NCBI RefSeq assembly: GCF_009914755.1
Contig: NC_060929.1
Reading direction: 5' to 3' (one strand)
Source: the human T2T-CHM13v2.0 reference genome, Homo sapiens
DNA length: 64,000 bases
Shown here one piece after another: positions 14,396-26,370 of this stretch; within the stretch, counting starts at the first letter, position 1, and every line of letters starts with the position of its first letter. Position numbers and translations under genes: made by a program. A model generated the notes under the pieces. It was not told the origin of the DNA, ran no database searches, and saw only the letters and a program-made list of their open reading frames with translations.

Positions 14396-17115
14396 TGTCT
14401 TAGTCCATTTTGTGTTGCTATAAATAAAGAGGATGGGTAATTTATGAAGAAAAGACATTTATTTAGTTCATGTTTCTTCAGGCTGTACAAGAAGTATAGC
14501 GTTCATATCTATTGGATTCTGGTGAGGGCTTCAAGCTGTTTCAACTCATGATAGGAGGTGAAAGAGAGCCAGTGTGTGTAGAGATTACATGGCAGGAGAG
14601 GAAGAAAAGGATGGGGGGATGTGCCAGGCTCTTTTTTAATGCCAAGCTCTTGTAGGAACTATTAGAGTGAGAACTCACTCACTCTCAATGGATTGTATTA
14701 ATCTATTCATGAGGGATCTGCCCCCATGACCAAATATCCTCCCTTAAGTCCCACTTCTAACGTTGGGAATTTATTAATCTGTTTTCATGCTACTAATAAA
14801 GACATACCTGAGACTGGGCAATTTACAACAGAGAGAGGCTTAATAGACTTATAGTTTCATGTGGCTGGGGAAGCCTCAAATTGTGGCAGAAGGCAAGGAG
14901 GAACAAGTCACATCTTACATGGTGGCAGAGAAGAGAAGAGCTTATGCAGGAAAACTCCTGTTTTTGAAACCATCATATCTCGTGAGACTCATTCACTATC
15001 ATGATAACAGCATAGGAAAGATCTACCCCCATAATTCAATCACCTCCCACTGTGTTCCTCCCATGACATGTGGGAATTGTGGAAGTTAGAATTCAAGATG
15101 AGATTTGGGTGTGGACACAGCCAAACCATACCATTTCATCCCTGGTTCCTCCCAAATCTCATGTCCTCACGTTTCAAAACCAATCATGCATTCCCAACAG
15201 CCCCTCAAAGTCTTAACTCACTTCAGCGTTAACTCAAAAATCCACAGTCCAACATCTTATCTGAGACAAGGCAGGTTTCTTCTGCCTATGAGTCTGTAGA
15301 ATCAAAAGCAAGTTAGTTACTTCCTAGATGCAATGGGGGGTACAGGAATTGGGTAAATACAGCCATCCCAAATGGGAGAAATTGGCCAAAAACAAAAGGG
15401 CTACAGTCTGAAATATGCCAGGGCAGTCAAATCTTAAAGCTCCAAAATGATCTCCTTTGACTCCATGTCTTGCATCTGGGTCACACTGATGCAAGAGGTG
15501 GGCTCCCATCATCTTGGGCAGCTCCACCTCTGTGGCTTTGGAGGGTACAGGCTCCCTCCTGGATGCTTTCATGGGTTGACACTGAGTGTCTGCAGCTTTT
15601 CCAGGAGCATGGTGCAAGGTGTTGGTGGATCTATAATTCTGGGGTTTGGAGGACAGTGGCCCTCTTCTCACAGCTCCCCTAGGTGGTGCCCCAGTAGGAA
15701 CTCTGTGTGAGGGCTCCAACCCTACATTTCCCTTCTGCAGTCCCCTAGTAGAGGTTCTCCATGAGGGCCCTGCCCCTGCAGCAAACCTTTGTTGAGGCAT
15801 CCAGGCATTTGCATACATCTTCTGAAATCTAGGGGGAGGTTCCCAAATCTCAATTCTTGACTTTTATGTACCTTCAGGCTCAACACCATGTGGAAGCTGC
15901 CAGGCTTGGCACTTCCCCCATCTGAAGCAATAGCCCAAGCCGTACCTTGGTCCCTTTTAGTCATGGCTGGAGCAGCTGAGATGCAGGGCACCAAGTCCCT
16001 AGACTGCCCACAGCAGAGGGATTCTGAGCCTGGCCAACAAAACCATTTTTTCCTCCTAGACCTCTGGGTCTGTGATGGGAGGGGCTGATGTGAAGACCTC
16101 TGACATGCCCTGGAGACATTTTCCCCATTGTGTGGGGGATTAACATTTGGCTCCTGTTACTTATGCAAATCTCTGCAGCCAGCTTGAATTTCTCCTCAGA
16201 AACTGGGATTTTCTTTTCTATCACATTGTCAGGCTGCAAATTTCTCAAACTTTTTTACTCTGTTTTCCTTTCAAAACTGAGTGCCTTTAACAGCACTCAA
16301 GTCATCTCTTGAATGCTTTGCTGCTTAGAAATTTCTTCCACCAGATACCCTAACTTATCTCTCTCAAGTTCAAAGTTCCACAAGTCTCTAAGTCAGGGGC
16401 AAAATATCACCAGCCTCTTTTCTAAAACATAACAAGACTCACCTTTGTTTCAGTTCCCAACAAGTTCCTCATTTTCATCTGAGACCACCTTAGCCTGGAC
16501 CTTATTATCCATGTTGCTATCAGCATTTTTGTCAAAGCCATTCAACAAGTCTCTAGGGAGTTCCAAACTTTCCCACATTTTTCTATCTTCTTCTGAGCCC
16601 TCCAAACTGTTCCAACCTTTGCCTGTTAACCAGTTCCAAAGTTGCTTCCACATTTTCAGGTATCTACTGCAGCACCCTACTCCTGGTACCAATTTACTGT
16701 ATTAGTCTGTTCTCACACTGCTGATAAAGACATATCCGAGACTGGGCAATTTACAAAAGAAAGAGGCTTAATGGACTTACATTTCCACATGGCTGGGAGG
16801 CCTCACAATCATGGCAGAAGGCAAGGAGGAACAAATCATGTCTTACATGGCAGCAGACAAGAGAGGACCTTGTGCAGGGAAATTCCCATTTTTAAAACCA
16901 TCAGATCTCATGAGACTCATTCACTATCATACGAACAGTGCAGGAAAGATCTGCCCCCATATTTCAATCACTTCCCACTGGGTTCCTCCCATGACATGTG
17001 GGAATTGTGGGAGTTACAATTCAAGATGAGATTTGGGTGGGGAGACAACAAAACCATATCAGGGATCAAATTTCACCATGAGGTTTAGGGGAGGACAGAC
17101 ATCCAAACTATAGCA
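14396..17115 (-). mobile_element. MSTB/MSTC-like solo LTR split by a THE1 insertion (pieces 14396-14769 and 17062-17115)
   Basis: Starts tgtcttagtccattttgtgttgctataa and ends ...catccaaactatagca. Confidence 0.8.
14770..17061 (-). mobile_element. Complete THE1 (THE1B-like) MaLR: LTR 14770-15133, internal 15134-16697, LTR 16698-17061
   Basis: Two homologous ~360-bp LTRs flanking ~1.56 kb THE1 internal sequence; TSD GGGAA/GGGAT. Confidence 0.93.
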
Positions 17116-18592
17116 AATATGTCATGTAGAAGTGAGTAATTTAATATCCAAAGATTTTGGAAGTTTTTGGCTATCTTTCTGTTATTTATTTCCAGGTTAA
17201 TTCTATTGTGCTCTGATAACAGATATTGTATAATTTCTATTCCTTTAAATTTGTTAATGTGTGTGCTTTACAGTTCAGAGTTTCCTCTAGCTTTATGAAT
17301 GTTTCACTTGAGTTTGAGAATAATGTGTAATCTGCTGTTGTTGGATGACATAGTCTATAGATGTTGATTATATCTAGTTGATTTATGGTGCTGTTGAGTT
17401 CAACTATTTCCTCACTAATTTTTCTGCCTGCTGGAAGTATCTATTTCTGATAGGGGGCACTGAAGTATCCTGCTATAATAGTGGATTCATATATCTCTCT
17501 TTATTATTCGGTCAGTTTTTGCCTCGCATATTTTGATGTTTTGTTGTTGAGTTCATAAACATTAAAGATTGTTGTGTTGTCTTGGAGAATTGAACCCTTT
17601 TTAATTATGTAATGTCAATGTTTATTGTTGATAATTCTTGCTCTGAAGTCTTCTCTGTCTGAAATTATTGTCTTCTTTTGTGTTTAGCTGCAGTTTTGTA
17701 GGTTTTCTTTTTTCTTTTTGTAGTAACATGTTTATTTTCTCATTTTATTTTGTGTAACACTGTAATTTGAATTTATAGCAGCGTAATTTCAGTAACATGC
17801 AAAATTTCTGCTTCCCATTTTCTTTCGATTAGTTTTACCAAGATATATGTTTCTTCATCCCTTTACTTTTAAAGTATATGTTTCTTTGTATTTGAAGTAC
17901 GTTTCTTATAAACAACATATAAATGGATCTCGCATTTTGATCTGCTCTAGTCCAATCTTGGTCTCTTAAATGGTACATTTAGGCCTGTCACATTTAAAGT
18001 GATTATTTATATATTTGGATTCATAAATACTATATTTGTTACTGTTTGCTATTCATTGAGTTTGTAATATATATTTACAACTAATCCAAGTCCACTTTCA
18101 AATAACACTATATATCTTCACAGTAGCGCAAGTTCATCATAATATTAACAAAATAATTCTAGTTCCTCCCTTCTCTCTCTTATTGCTGTAATTTATTTCA
18201 TACATAAGTATATATATATGCTACACATAATCAAATACATTGCTGCTATCATTATTTTGAACAAACTGTTGTCTCTTAGATCAATTAAGAATAAGAAAAA
18301 TAAAAGTTTTCATTTTGCCTTCACTTATTTCTTCTCCAATCTACTTTTTTTCTTTACTTGGATCTAGGTTTTTGGCTTATATTATTTTCCTTCTCTCTGA
18401 AGAACTTTTTAAAACATTTGTTGCAAGGCAGAAGAACTACAAAAATTTCCTCTGTTTAAATTTTGTTTGAGGAAGTCTTTATTTCTCCTTCATTTTTGAA
18501 ATGTTATTTTTCAGGGTACAGAATTTTAGGTTGGTGTTTTTTTTATCTCAAAGCTTTAAACGTTACACTGCATCCTCTTCTCATTTGCATGC

Positions 18593-18981
18593 TATCTTAA
18601 TCTGTTTGAGCTTCTATAACAAACTACCACAGACTGTGTGGTTTACAAACAACAGACATTTATTCCTGACAATTTTGAAGGCTGGAAGGTCCAACATCAA
18701 GGCACTGGTGGATATGGAGTTAGGTGAAGGCCTATTTCCCTCTTAGACAGCCATCTTCTCACTGTTACTTCACATGGCAGATGAGGTGAGAGATCTCTCT
18801 GTTTGTTTGTTTGTTTGTTTGTTTATTTATTTATTTTAAATAAGGGCACTATTCACCTTCACAAGACTTCTGCCCTTGTGACCTAATCATCTCCCAGAGG
18901 CCCCACCTCCTGGTAACATTACTTAACGGGTTACTATGTCAACATGAATTTTGAAGGAACATAAACATTCAACCCATTGCA
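18593..18981 (-). mobile_element. MLT1A-like solo LTR
   Basis: MLT1A motifs; TSD CATGC at 18588-18592 and 18982-18986; internal (TTTG)n. Confidence 0.88.
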
Positions 18982-20764
18982 CATGCTTTCTGAGAGGTTG
19001 AACTGAATTTTTATCTTTGCTTTTATATTATAGGTAAGGTGTTTTTCCCCTCTGGCTTCTTTCAAGAATTTTTCTTTAATTTTCTACAGTTTGTATATGA
19101 TATGTCTGGGTTTAGTTTTTTGGCATTTATCTTGGCTGGGTGTTCTTCGAGTTTCCTAGATTGGTGATTTGGTCATGCCGTTAATTTGGGGGAAATTTTC
19201 GGTTGTTTTTTTCTCAAATATTTCTTTTGTTCCCTTTAATCTTTCTTCTGCTGGTATTCCCTTTACATTTATGTTACACCTTTTGTAGTTGTTTCACAAT
19301 TCTTGGATATTCTGATCTCTTTTTCCCATTCCTTTTTTTTCTTTACTTTTCAGTTTTGGAAGCTTTTATTAATATATTTTCAAAGCTCAGAGATTCTTTT
19401 TGCAACTATGTTCAATCTACAAATGAGCTCATCAAAGACATTCTTCATTTCCATTAGAGTGCCTTAGTCGCTAGCATTTCTTTTTGATTATGTCTTAGAA
19501 TCTCTATCTCTTTACTTATATTACCCATCTGTTCTTATATGTTATTTACTTTTTCTGTTAGCATATTAATCATAGTTGTTTTAAATTCCTGCTAACCCCA
19601 ACATCTCTGCCATATGTGAGTCTAGTTCTGGTGCTTGCTCTATCTCTTTAATCTGTGCCTTTTGCCTTTTAGTATGCTTTATAATTTTTGTTGAAAGCCA
19701 GACAGAATGTATTACATAAATTGTACTCCAGTAAATAGGCCTTCAGTGGCTATGGTAAGGTGTGAAGAAAGGCATTTTATAGTCTTATAATTAGGTCTCA
19801 CTTTCTTAGTAAGCCTATGCCCCTGTGCTGTCAACTCCATCAGTGCTTCTTAATCCTCCTCCGACCCCTTTAAATAAGAAAGGATAACTAGAATGGGCTA
19901 GAATTGGGTATTTTTCTTTACCCTGGTCAATTAGGCTTTGATAAAACACAAGAGGTTAGGCTTTAGTAAAATAGTTTCTCTTGAAGGCAGTTCTTGTTAC
20001 AGACAGAATGCTTTGGTGTCTTTCAAAATACTTTTTATTCCTCTCCTGCCAGTGAAAGCATAAGGGGATTTTTCTCTGATATTTACCACGAGAACCTGAT
20101 CAAGCTCCTGGAGGGAAACTCACAAAAGTGTGGGCACCTACAATGTCTAGGCCTCCTTGTAGTTTTTAATCTCTCAGATATGTTCATACTAAGCCTCCAC
20201 CAATTTGTCAGTGACAGTGTAGGTTTTTCTACCGTTACTTGTCCCTAGGGGAAGTTTCTGCTTGTGGGTTTCTGCTCCAGTATATTGTAATTCTCCCTGT
20301 CTCTCTGTCCAATTTTTGTAAAAGCCATTTGTTCTGTGATCTCACTTGTATGATGAATCTAAGAATAATTATTGATTTTCTGTTTGCTTAGCTTTTCATT
20401 TGTTGTCAGAATGGAGCAACAACTTCCAATTTCCTTACATACTGAACTGGAAGCTAGAAGTCTCATATTACCCTTTAATATTAGGTTTAATTCTAGGTAT
20501 TTAATACTTCAAAATTGCAATTTTAAATTGGATCTTTTCCATCATTTCATATGCCAATTAGTGTTACATAGAAGCTATGTTTTCTTTGTATTAATTTCAT
20601 TCAGTCATTTTGCTACATTATTTTATTATTGTAAATAATTTTTTGGTGGATTCTCTTGGTTTTCCAGATATACAGTCATGCTGGGTCACCACTGGGTCAT
20701 CACAGTGTACAACCAGAATACAATGGCAATAGTGGCTTCTGAGTTTTGCAACATGATGGATATA

Positions 20765-21108
20765 TAATAGTATTCCTTATCTAAAATGCTTGGGATCAGA
20801 TTTGTTTTGAATTTTGGATTTTGGATATTTGCATATACATGATGGGATACGTTGGGGGATAGGACCCAAGTCTAAACATAAGATTCATTTATGTTTTATA
20901 TATACCCTATACACATAGGCTACAGTTAATTTTGTATACTATTGAAAATAATTTTGTGCATGGAACCAAGTTTGTAAACATTGAACTGTGAGAAAGCAAA
21001 GGTATCAGGTGTGAAAATTTCCACTTGTGGCATTATGTTGATGCTCAAAAAGTTTTGGATTTTAAGTATTTTGGATTTTGAATGTTCAGATTAAGGATGC
21101 TCAACATA
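20765..21108. mobile_element. Tigger4/MER46 (Zombi) non-autonomous DNA transposon
   Basis: ccttatctaaaatgcttgggatcaga...ggacccaagtctaaaca...gattaaggatgctcaac; TA-rich flanks. Confidence 0.8.
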
Positions 21109-21339
21109 TATATATTATATATATTATATATATATATTCTGTTAAAGATAGCTTGAATTCTTCTTGTTAATGTTTTAAAAAATTTAAGTAGAAGTGATTT
21201 TTTTTTTTTAGCACAGATGATACTTGAGGTTATCAGTGTCATTGTGGTTACAAGGAAGAGCAAGTGTATAGATAGAGAAGGCAAGAAAAATAGATTAAAC
21301 TTGAGGAAACACCAGAATTTAGAGGGGAGGAGAATAAAG

Positions 21340-21461
21340 GTCATAGGGATGCAGTAAAAAGAGCATCCAAAGGAAAATATAACTGCCTGATAGTGATTTA
21401 GTCATAGGGATGCAGTAAAAAGAGCATCCAAGGGAAGATATAACTGCCTGATAGTGATTTA
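21340..21461. repeat. 61-bp tandem duplication, two copies
   Basis: 21340-21400 versus 21401-21461 differ at 2 positions. Confidence 0.95.
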
Positions 21462-22606
21462 AAGTGCTAAAAATGTAAGTTATTTGTGCTTAAGCAGAAG
21501 TTCCAGTGACCAGTAGGGGTAACAAAGTCAGGATACCACTTCTTTGGTTTGGAAGAATAATATGTATTGGCTCTGTAGAATTGCAGTAGAATTTATAAAT
21601 GATGTATGAAATAAAAAAGTATCTGTTATTTGCTGCAACGTTGCATTCGAAAGCAATCGGACAGGTCTACTGAGCTCAAGGCCCAAGATGAAGTAAAATG
21701 AAATTATTCTCTTCACTTTCTGAAACACTGAACCATTTCTTGTTTACCTAATGTTTCACAAAATTGAATCTGTTACTCTCTAGAGATACCTCACATCAGT
21801 TCTATGTTACCAACAACACAAAAGTGATTCTCAGTTGTCTAACATTTTCTCAGAAATATTTCTATATAATGCATATTTCAGCAATGCTTTTGAAAAGAAA
21901 TGGTCAGTTTACTCAATTGGAAAGTGCAGATGGAAGTGGCAGAATAATTGCATCACAAGTGAGATCTTGCATATTTTGGAACTGCATAAACATGTAAAAT
22001 AAATTGAGTAAAGAATCCAGAGAGTAGCTTAGTTTCCTTTGAGAAATTTTCCGTTACCTATCTTCCATTTCTCTTGTTAATTCAAATTTAACTACCTATG
22101 GATTTTTTTCATTATTTTAGAGATTTTTTGACATGTAATATAAATTTAGGGCATTATTCTTTGAACTTATTCTTCTACCTAATTATAGGACTATTGGTGG
22201 TTCCGCTAGGAGTTGATCTGCAAAAGTCTAGGTTCATAAACTTTTTTTTTTTTGATGGAAAGAGAAGAGGACAGATGAAGCAGCGAGGCACAGAGGCTGC
22301 AGAAATGAAGAAACATGAATAATGTTGAAGACAGCTGTCTCTATTCATTAGTCAACTCCAAGGATTTCTACCTGAACTATAGGAAGAAAAGTGCTGCTGG
22401 AAGCAACTCTTTTTATGAAACATTCTTTGAGATTTGGGAACAGACATCATGGATTTGGTGCCCAGAAGATATTTTTGGTAAAATGCCTTAGCTAGGTGTC
22501 TAAGAGAAAGCTCTGGAGACATCTTCCTTGAGTTTAAATCCCAGATCTGCACATTTCTAGCTTTGTGACTATGGACAAATTACTTTCCAAGCTTCAGTTT
22601 CCCATC

Positions 22607-23548
22607 TGTATTAGTTCTTTAGCTGCCATAACAAATCACCACAAACTTGGTGGTTTAAATAACAGAAATTTATTGTTTCATAATTCTGGCCTCCAGAATT
22701 CTAATATCAAGATGTCAGCAGGGCCATGCTCCCTTTGGAGGCTCTGAGTGAGAATTTGTTTCTTGCCTTTTCTAGCTTCTGGGGTGACTGCTGATTGGAG
22801 GTCCTTGGCTTGTGACTGCATCACTCCAATCTTTTCCTTTGTCTTCACATTCTTTGCTCCCTCTCTCTTTCTCTCTGTGAAATTTCCCTCTGCCTCTCTC
22901 TTAAAAAAGAGATATCTGTGATTTGATTTAGGACCTACACAAATAATCTAGGATAATCTTCCCATGAAGTTAAGATCCTTGGCTTAATCACATGTACAAA
23001 TATTCTTTTTCTTTATGAAGATAATATTTACAGGTTTTGAAGCTGACCCGAATAGTCCCATAGATAGTTTTTTTTTTTTTTTTTTTGATAAATATTAGAG
23101 GTTGACCCTTCTGGTCTTAAAGGTTGAAACTTACATTTGTTTTAACTGAGTTCCTTCCTCAGGAAACCTTCAGGCCTCTCAAAGTGTCAAAGAACTGAAA
23201 CTCACCAGATCATCACATCCAGACAATGAGATGCCAGACCCCTCATTCATCGTGATTGCTTCTTTTCCCCTCCCTAATTCTTGTTTCTTGTACACTGTTG
23301 CATTTCTTTTCTGCTATATAAACCCCTAGTTTTAGTCAGGGAGGTGGATTTGAGACTGAGCTCCTATCTCCTTGACCACAGCACCCAATTAAAGCCTTCT
23401 TTCTTGGCAATAATTGTCATCTCAGTCATTGACTTTCTGTGTGGTGAACCCCAGGACCTAGACTGAATCCCTTGTGTTTTGGTCACAGTTTTTGAAATTA
23501 AGACCTGATACCTGATATCTTTGAATGGCTGTTATTCAGCCTACTACA
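22607..23548 (-). mobile_element. MLT1C-like solo LTR, split by an ERV1 LTR
   Basis: tgtattagttctttagctgccataacaaatcaccacaaacttggtgg...attcagcctactaca; TSD CCATC/ACATC. Confidence 0.85.
23038..23487 (+). mobile_element. ERV1 solo LTR (MER39-like)
   Basis: TG...CA ends, internal TATA (ctatataaa) and ATTAAA, 4-bp TSD GTTT; the family name is less certain than the LTR call. Confidence 0.75.
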
Positions 23549-23674
23549 ACATCCAATATAATGGTGATAATAACAATGCCTACCTTGTAGCCTTGTGATG
23601 ATAAAGGAGAAAATGCAGATAAAGTATTTAGCATAGTTCCTGGTATACTATAAACATTAATATGTGTCAGATGT

Positions 23675-23790
23675 GCTTCCTTACTAAGCTGTAAATGCGT
23701 TATGAGCAGTTACCATGACCCTATTTTCAAACCACTGTTGCCCTAGTGGCCAGAACAGTGCCATTATAATAAATATTTGTGAAAAGAAGT
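23675..23790 (+). mobile_element. L2 3' end fragment
   Basis: ctaagctgtaaatg...ccctagtggccagaacagtgcc...aataaatatttgtgaa. Confidence 0.55.
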
Positions 23791-25478
23791 GTGATAAAAA
23801 GGAATATTTTCCCCAAATTTATTTGCTCAAAAATGTGGCATGGGTGCACGAGGAATCTTGAGGAAATAGAAACGCTTGTAGAGATAGTGTTTGCAGCATT
23901 GAAGCATTAGGAGATAGTGTTTCTGAGTGGAATATAAATGTCATCAAGTGTGTACCACATGATTGGCAGTGGTGAGGAGGCCATCTCCAAGAGGTCTGGA
24001 GCAGATCAAGGCAGACACCATTTGATAGCGGATAGAACTGATTATGAACTCATATGAGATACCACAGAAGTTTTCCCAGAATACCTAAGTAAGTGAGATT
24101 TTGCTGAGATCTGGAACTCATGTGTTATGAGCAAGATGCTAAGAAAGGTCTAACCAATTAAATAAGCATGGCTGAATCTTTGTTAAATGAGTATATCTGG
24201 ATTCTAACTTTCATCTTATTTCTATTGTTTTATTTCCCCCAGATTTATTTATTTGTAAAATTAACATATAAAATAATATGTATTTATCTGTGTATGCATG
24301 ATGTTTTGAAGTATATATACATTATAGAATGGTTAAATCTAGCTAATTAATGAATGTATTACCTCACATAGTTATCATTTTTGTGGGTGAGAACACAACA
24401 TCTACCTTCTTAACATTTTTGAAAAATACAATATATCATCAGTAATGATAGTCACCATGCTGTGCAATAGATCTCTGGCACTTATTCTTTTTATCTGACT
24501 ATAAATACGTATTCTTTGACCAACATTTCTGCACCTTCCCCTCCCCCCAGCCAAGCCTAGCTGTTCATAACCAGCATTCTACTCTCTTCTTCTATAAGAT
24601 CAGCTTTTTTATATTCCACATATGAGTGAGATCATGTGATATTTGTCTTTCTGTATCTGGCTTGTTTCACTTAACATAATGCTCTCTAGATTCATCCATG
24701 CTGTCACAATTATTATGGTTTCCTTCTTTATTATGGCTGAATGGTATTCCATTATGTATAAATACCACATTTTATCTATTCATTCATTGATGGACACTTA
24801 AGTTGACACCATATCTTGGCTATTGTCGATAGTGTTGCAATAAATATGGGAGTACAGATATCTCTTTGATATACTGATTTCATATCATTTGAATATATAC
24901 CCAGTAGTGGGATTGTTGGATCATATGGTAGTTCTATTTTTAATTTTTTGAAGAATCTCTATACTTTTTTACATAATAGCTGTGCTAATCTACATTCCCA
25001 CTAGCAGTGTACATGGGCTCTCTTTTCTTGACATCCTTGCCAATGCTTGTTATCTTCTATCATTTTGATAACAGCCATTCTAATAGGTTTTAGGTGATAG
25101 ATTTTAATTTTAATTTGCATTTCCTGATGATTAGTGAAATTGAGTATTTTTAAATATACCTGTTGGCCATTTGTATGTTGCCTTTTGAGAATTTTATATT
25201 GAGATATTTTGGCCATTTTAAAATTGGATTATAATAATAGTAATTATTATTTTTTGCTGTTTAGTGGTTTGAACTCCTTTTCTATTCTGGTTGTCAATTT
25301 CTTGTCAGATGGATAGATTCCAAATATCTTATCCGATTCTGCATGTTGTTTCTTCATTCTGTTGACTGTTTCCTTGGCTGTGCAATAGATTTTTACTTTG
25401 ATGTAATCCTATTTGTCTATTTTTGCTTTTGTTGCCTGTGTTGTAAGGGTCATATTTTAAAAAAATCTTCACCCACAC

Positions 25479-26370
25479 TATATTAGGGTTCTCTAGAGGG
25501 ACAGCACTAATAGGATAGATGTATATATGAAGGGGAGTTTATTTATTTATTTGTTTATTTTTTTAATTTTATTATTATTATACTTTAAGTTTTAGGGTAC
25601 ATGTGCACAACATGCAGGTTTGTTACATATGTATACATGTGCCATGTTGGTGTGCTGCACCCATTAACTCATCATTTAGCATTAGGTATATCTCCTAATG
25701 CTACCTCTCCCCCCTACCCCCACCCCACAACAGCCCCTGGTGTGTGATGTTCCCCTTCCTGTGTCCATGTGTTCTCACTGTTCAATTCCCACCTATGAGT
25801 GAGAACATGCGGTGTTTGGTTTTTTGTCCTTGCGATTGTTTGCTGAGAATGATGGTTTCCAGTTTGAACCATGTCCCTACAAAGGACATGACCTCATCAT
25901 TTTTTATGGCTGCATAGTATTCCATGGTGTATATGTGCCACATTTTTATTAAGGAGTACTGACCCACACAATCACAGGGTGAAGTCCCACAGTAGGCTAT
26001 CTGCAAGCTGAGGATCAGGAAAGTCAGTTTGAGTCCTAACCCCTCAAAATTAGAGAAGCCAACGATGCAGCCTTAAGTCTGTGGCTGAAGGCTGGAGAGC
26101 CCCTGGCAAACCACTGGTGTAAGTCCAAGAGTCCAAAGCTGAAGAACTTGGAGTCTGATGTTTGAGGGCAGGAAGCATTATGTCTGCTTTATTGTAGTTG
26201 TGCTGGCAGCTGATTAGATTGTGCCCACCCAGATTGAAGGTGGGTCTGCCTTTCTAAGTCCACTGACTCAAATGTTAATCTTCTTTGGCAACACCCTCAC
26301 AGACATACCCAAGAACAATACTTCGCATCCTTCAATGCAATCAAGTCGACGTTCAATATTTACCATCATA
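25479..26370 (-). mobile_element. MLT2A (ERVL) solo LTR split by a young L1 fragment
   Basis: tatattagggttctctagagggacag...caatatttaccatcata; TSD CACAC at 25474-25478 and 26371-26375. Confidence 0.88.
25545..25944 (-). mobile_element. Young L1PA (PA3-5-like) 3' fragment of ~400 bp
   Basis: ttatactttaagttttagggtacatgtgcacaac...; ORF2 C-terminus remnant MWHIYTMEYYAAIKNDE...MFSLIGGN. Confidence 0.93.

Larger units (their letters stand above)
6425..20461 (-). mobile_element. Fragmented near full-length L1MC/L1MD (pieces ~6425-6745, 12213-14395, 17116-18592, 18982-20461)
   Basis: L1MC/MD-type 3' end at 6425-6620; reverse ORF2 remnants (ORF 13740-13928 IDNLDEMNQFL...CPDGF); L1MD-like 5' end (rc gacttctagcttccagttcagtatgtaagg) at ~20430-20461. 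Confidence 0.8.
22490..23670 (+). mobile_element. MIR split by LTR insertions (pieces ~22490-22606 and ~23549-23670)
   Basis: gagtttaaatcccagatctgc...gcttcagtttcccatc, resuming aatggtgataataacaatgcctacctt...tttagcatagttcctgg. Confidence 0.75.

Noticed and set aside
15324-17088. Many 60-164 aa ORFs
   Set aside because: THE1 internal and LTR sequence; the homologous ORFs at 53998-54764 are MST internal sequence.
21634-21645. 12-bp palindrome TGCAACGTTGCA with nearby CpGs
   Set aside because: Palindromes of this length are expected by chance in 64 kb; no other support.
21882-21958. Plus-strand exon candidate (atttcag..CAA|gtgaga) open in two frames
   Set aside because: Weak pyrimidine tract and unrecognised peptides; insufficient evidence.
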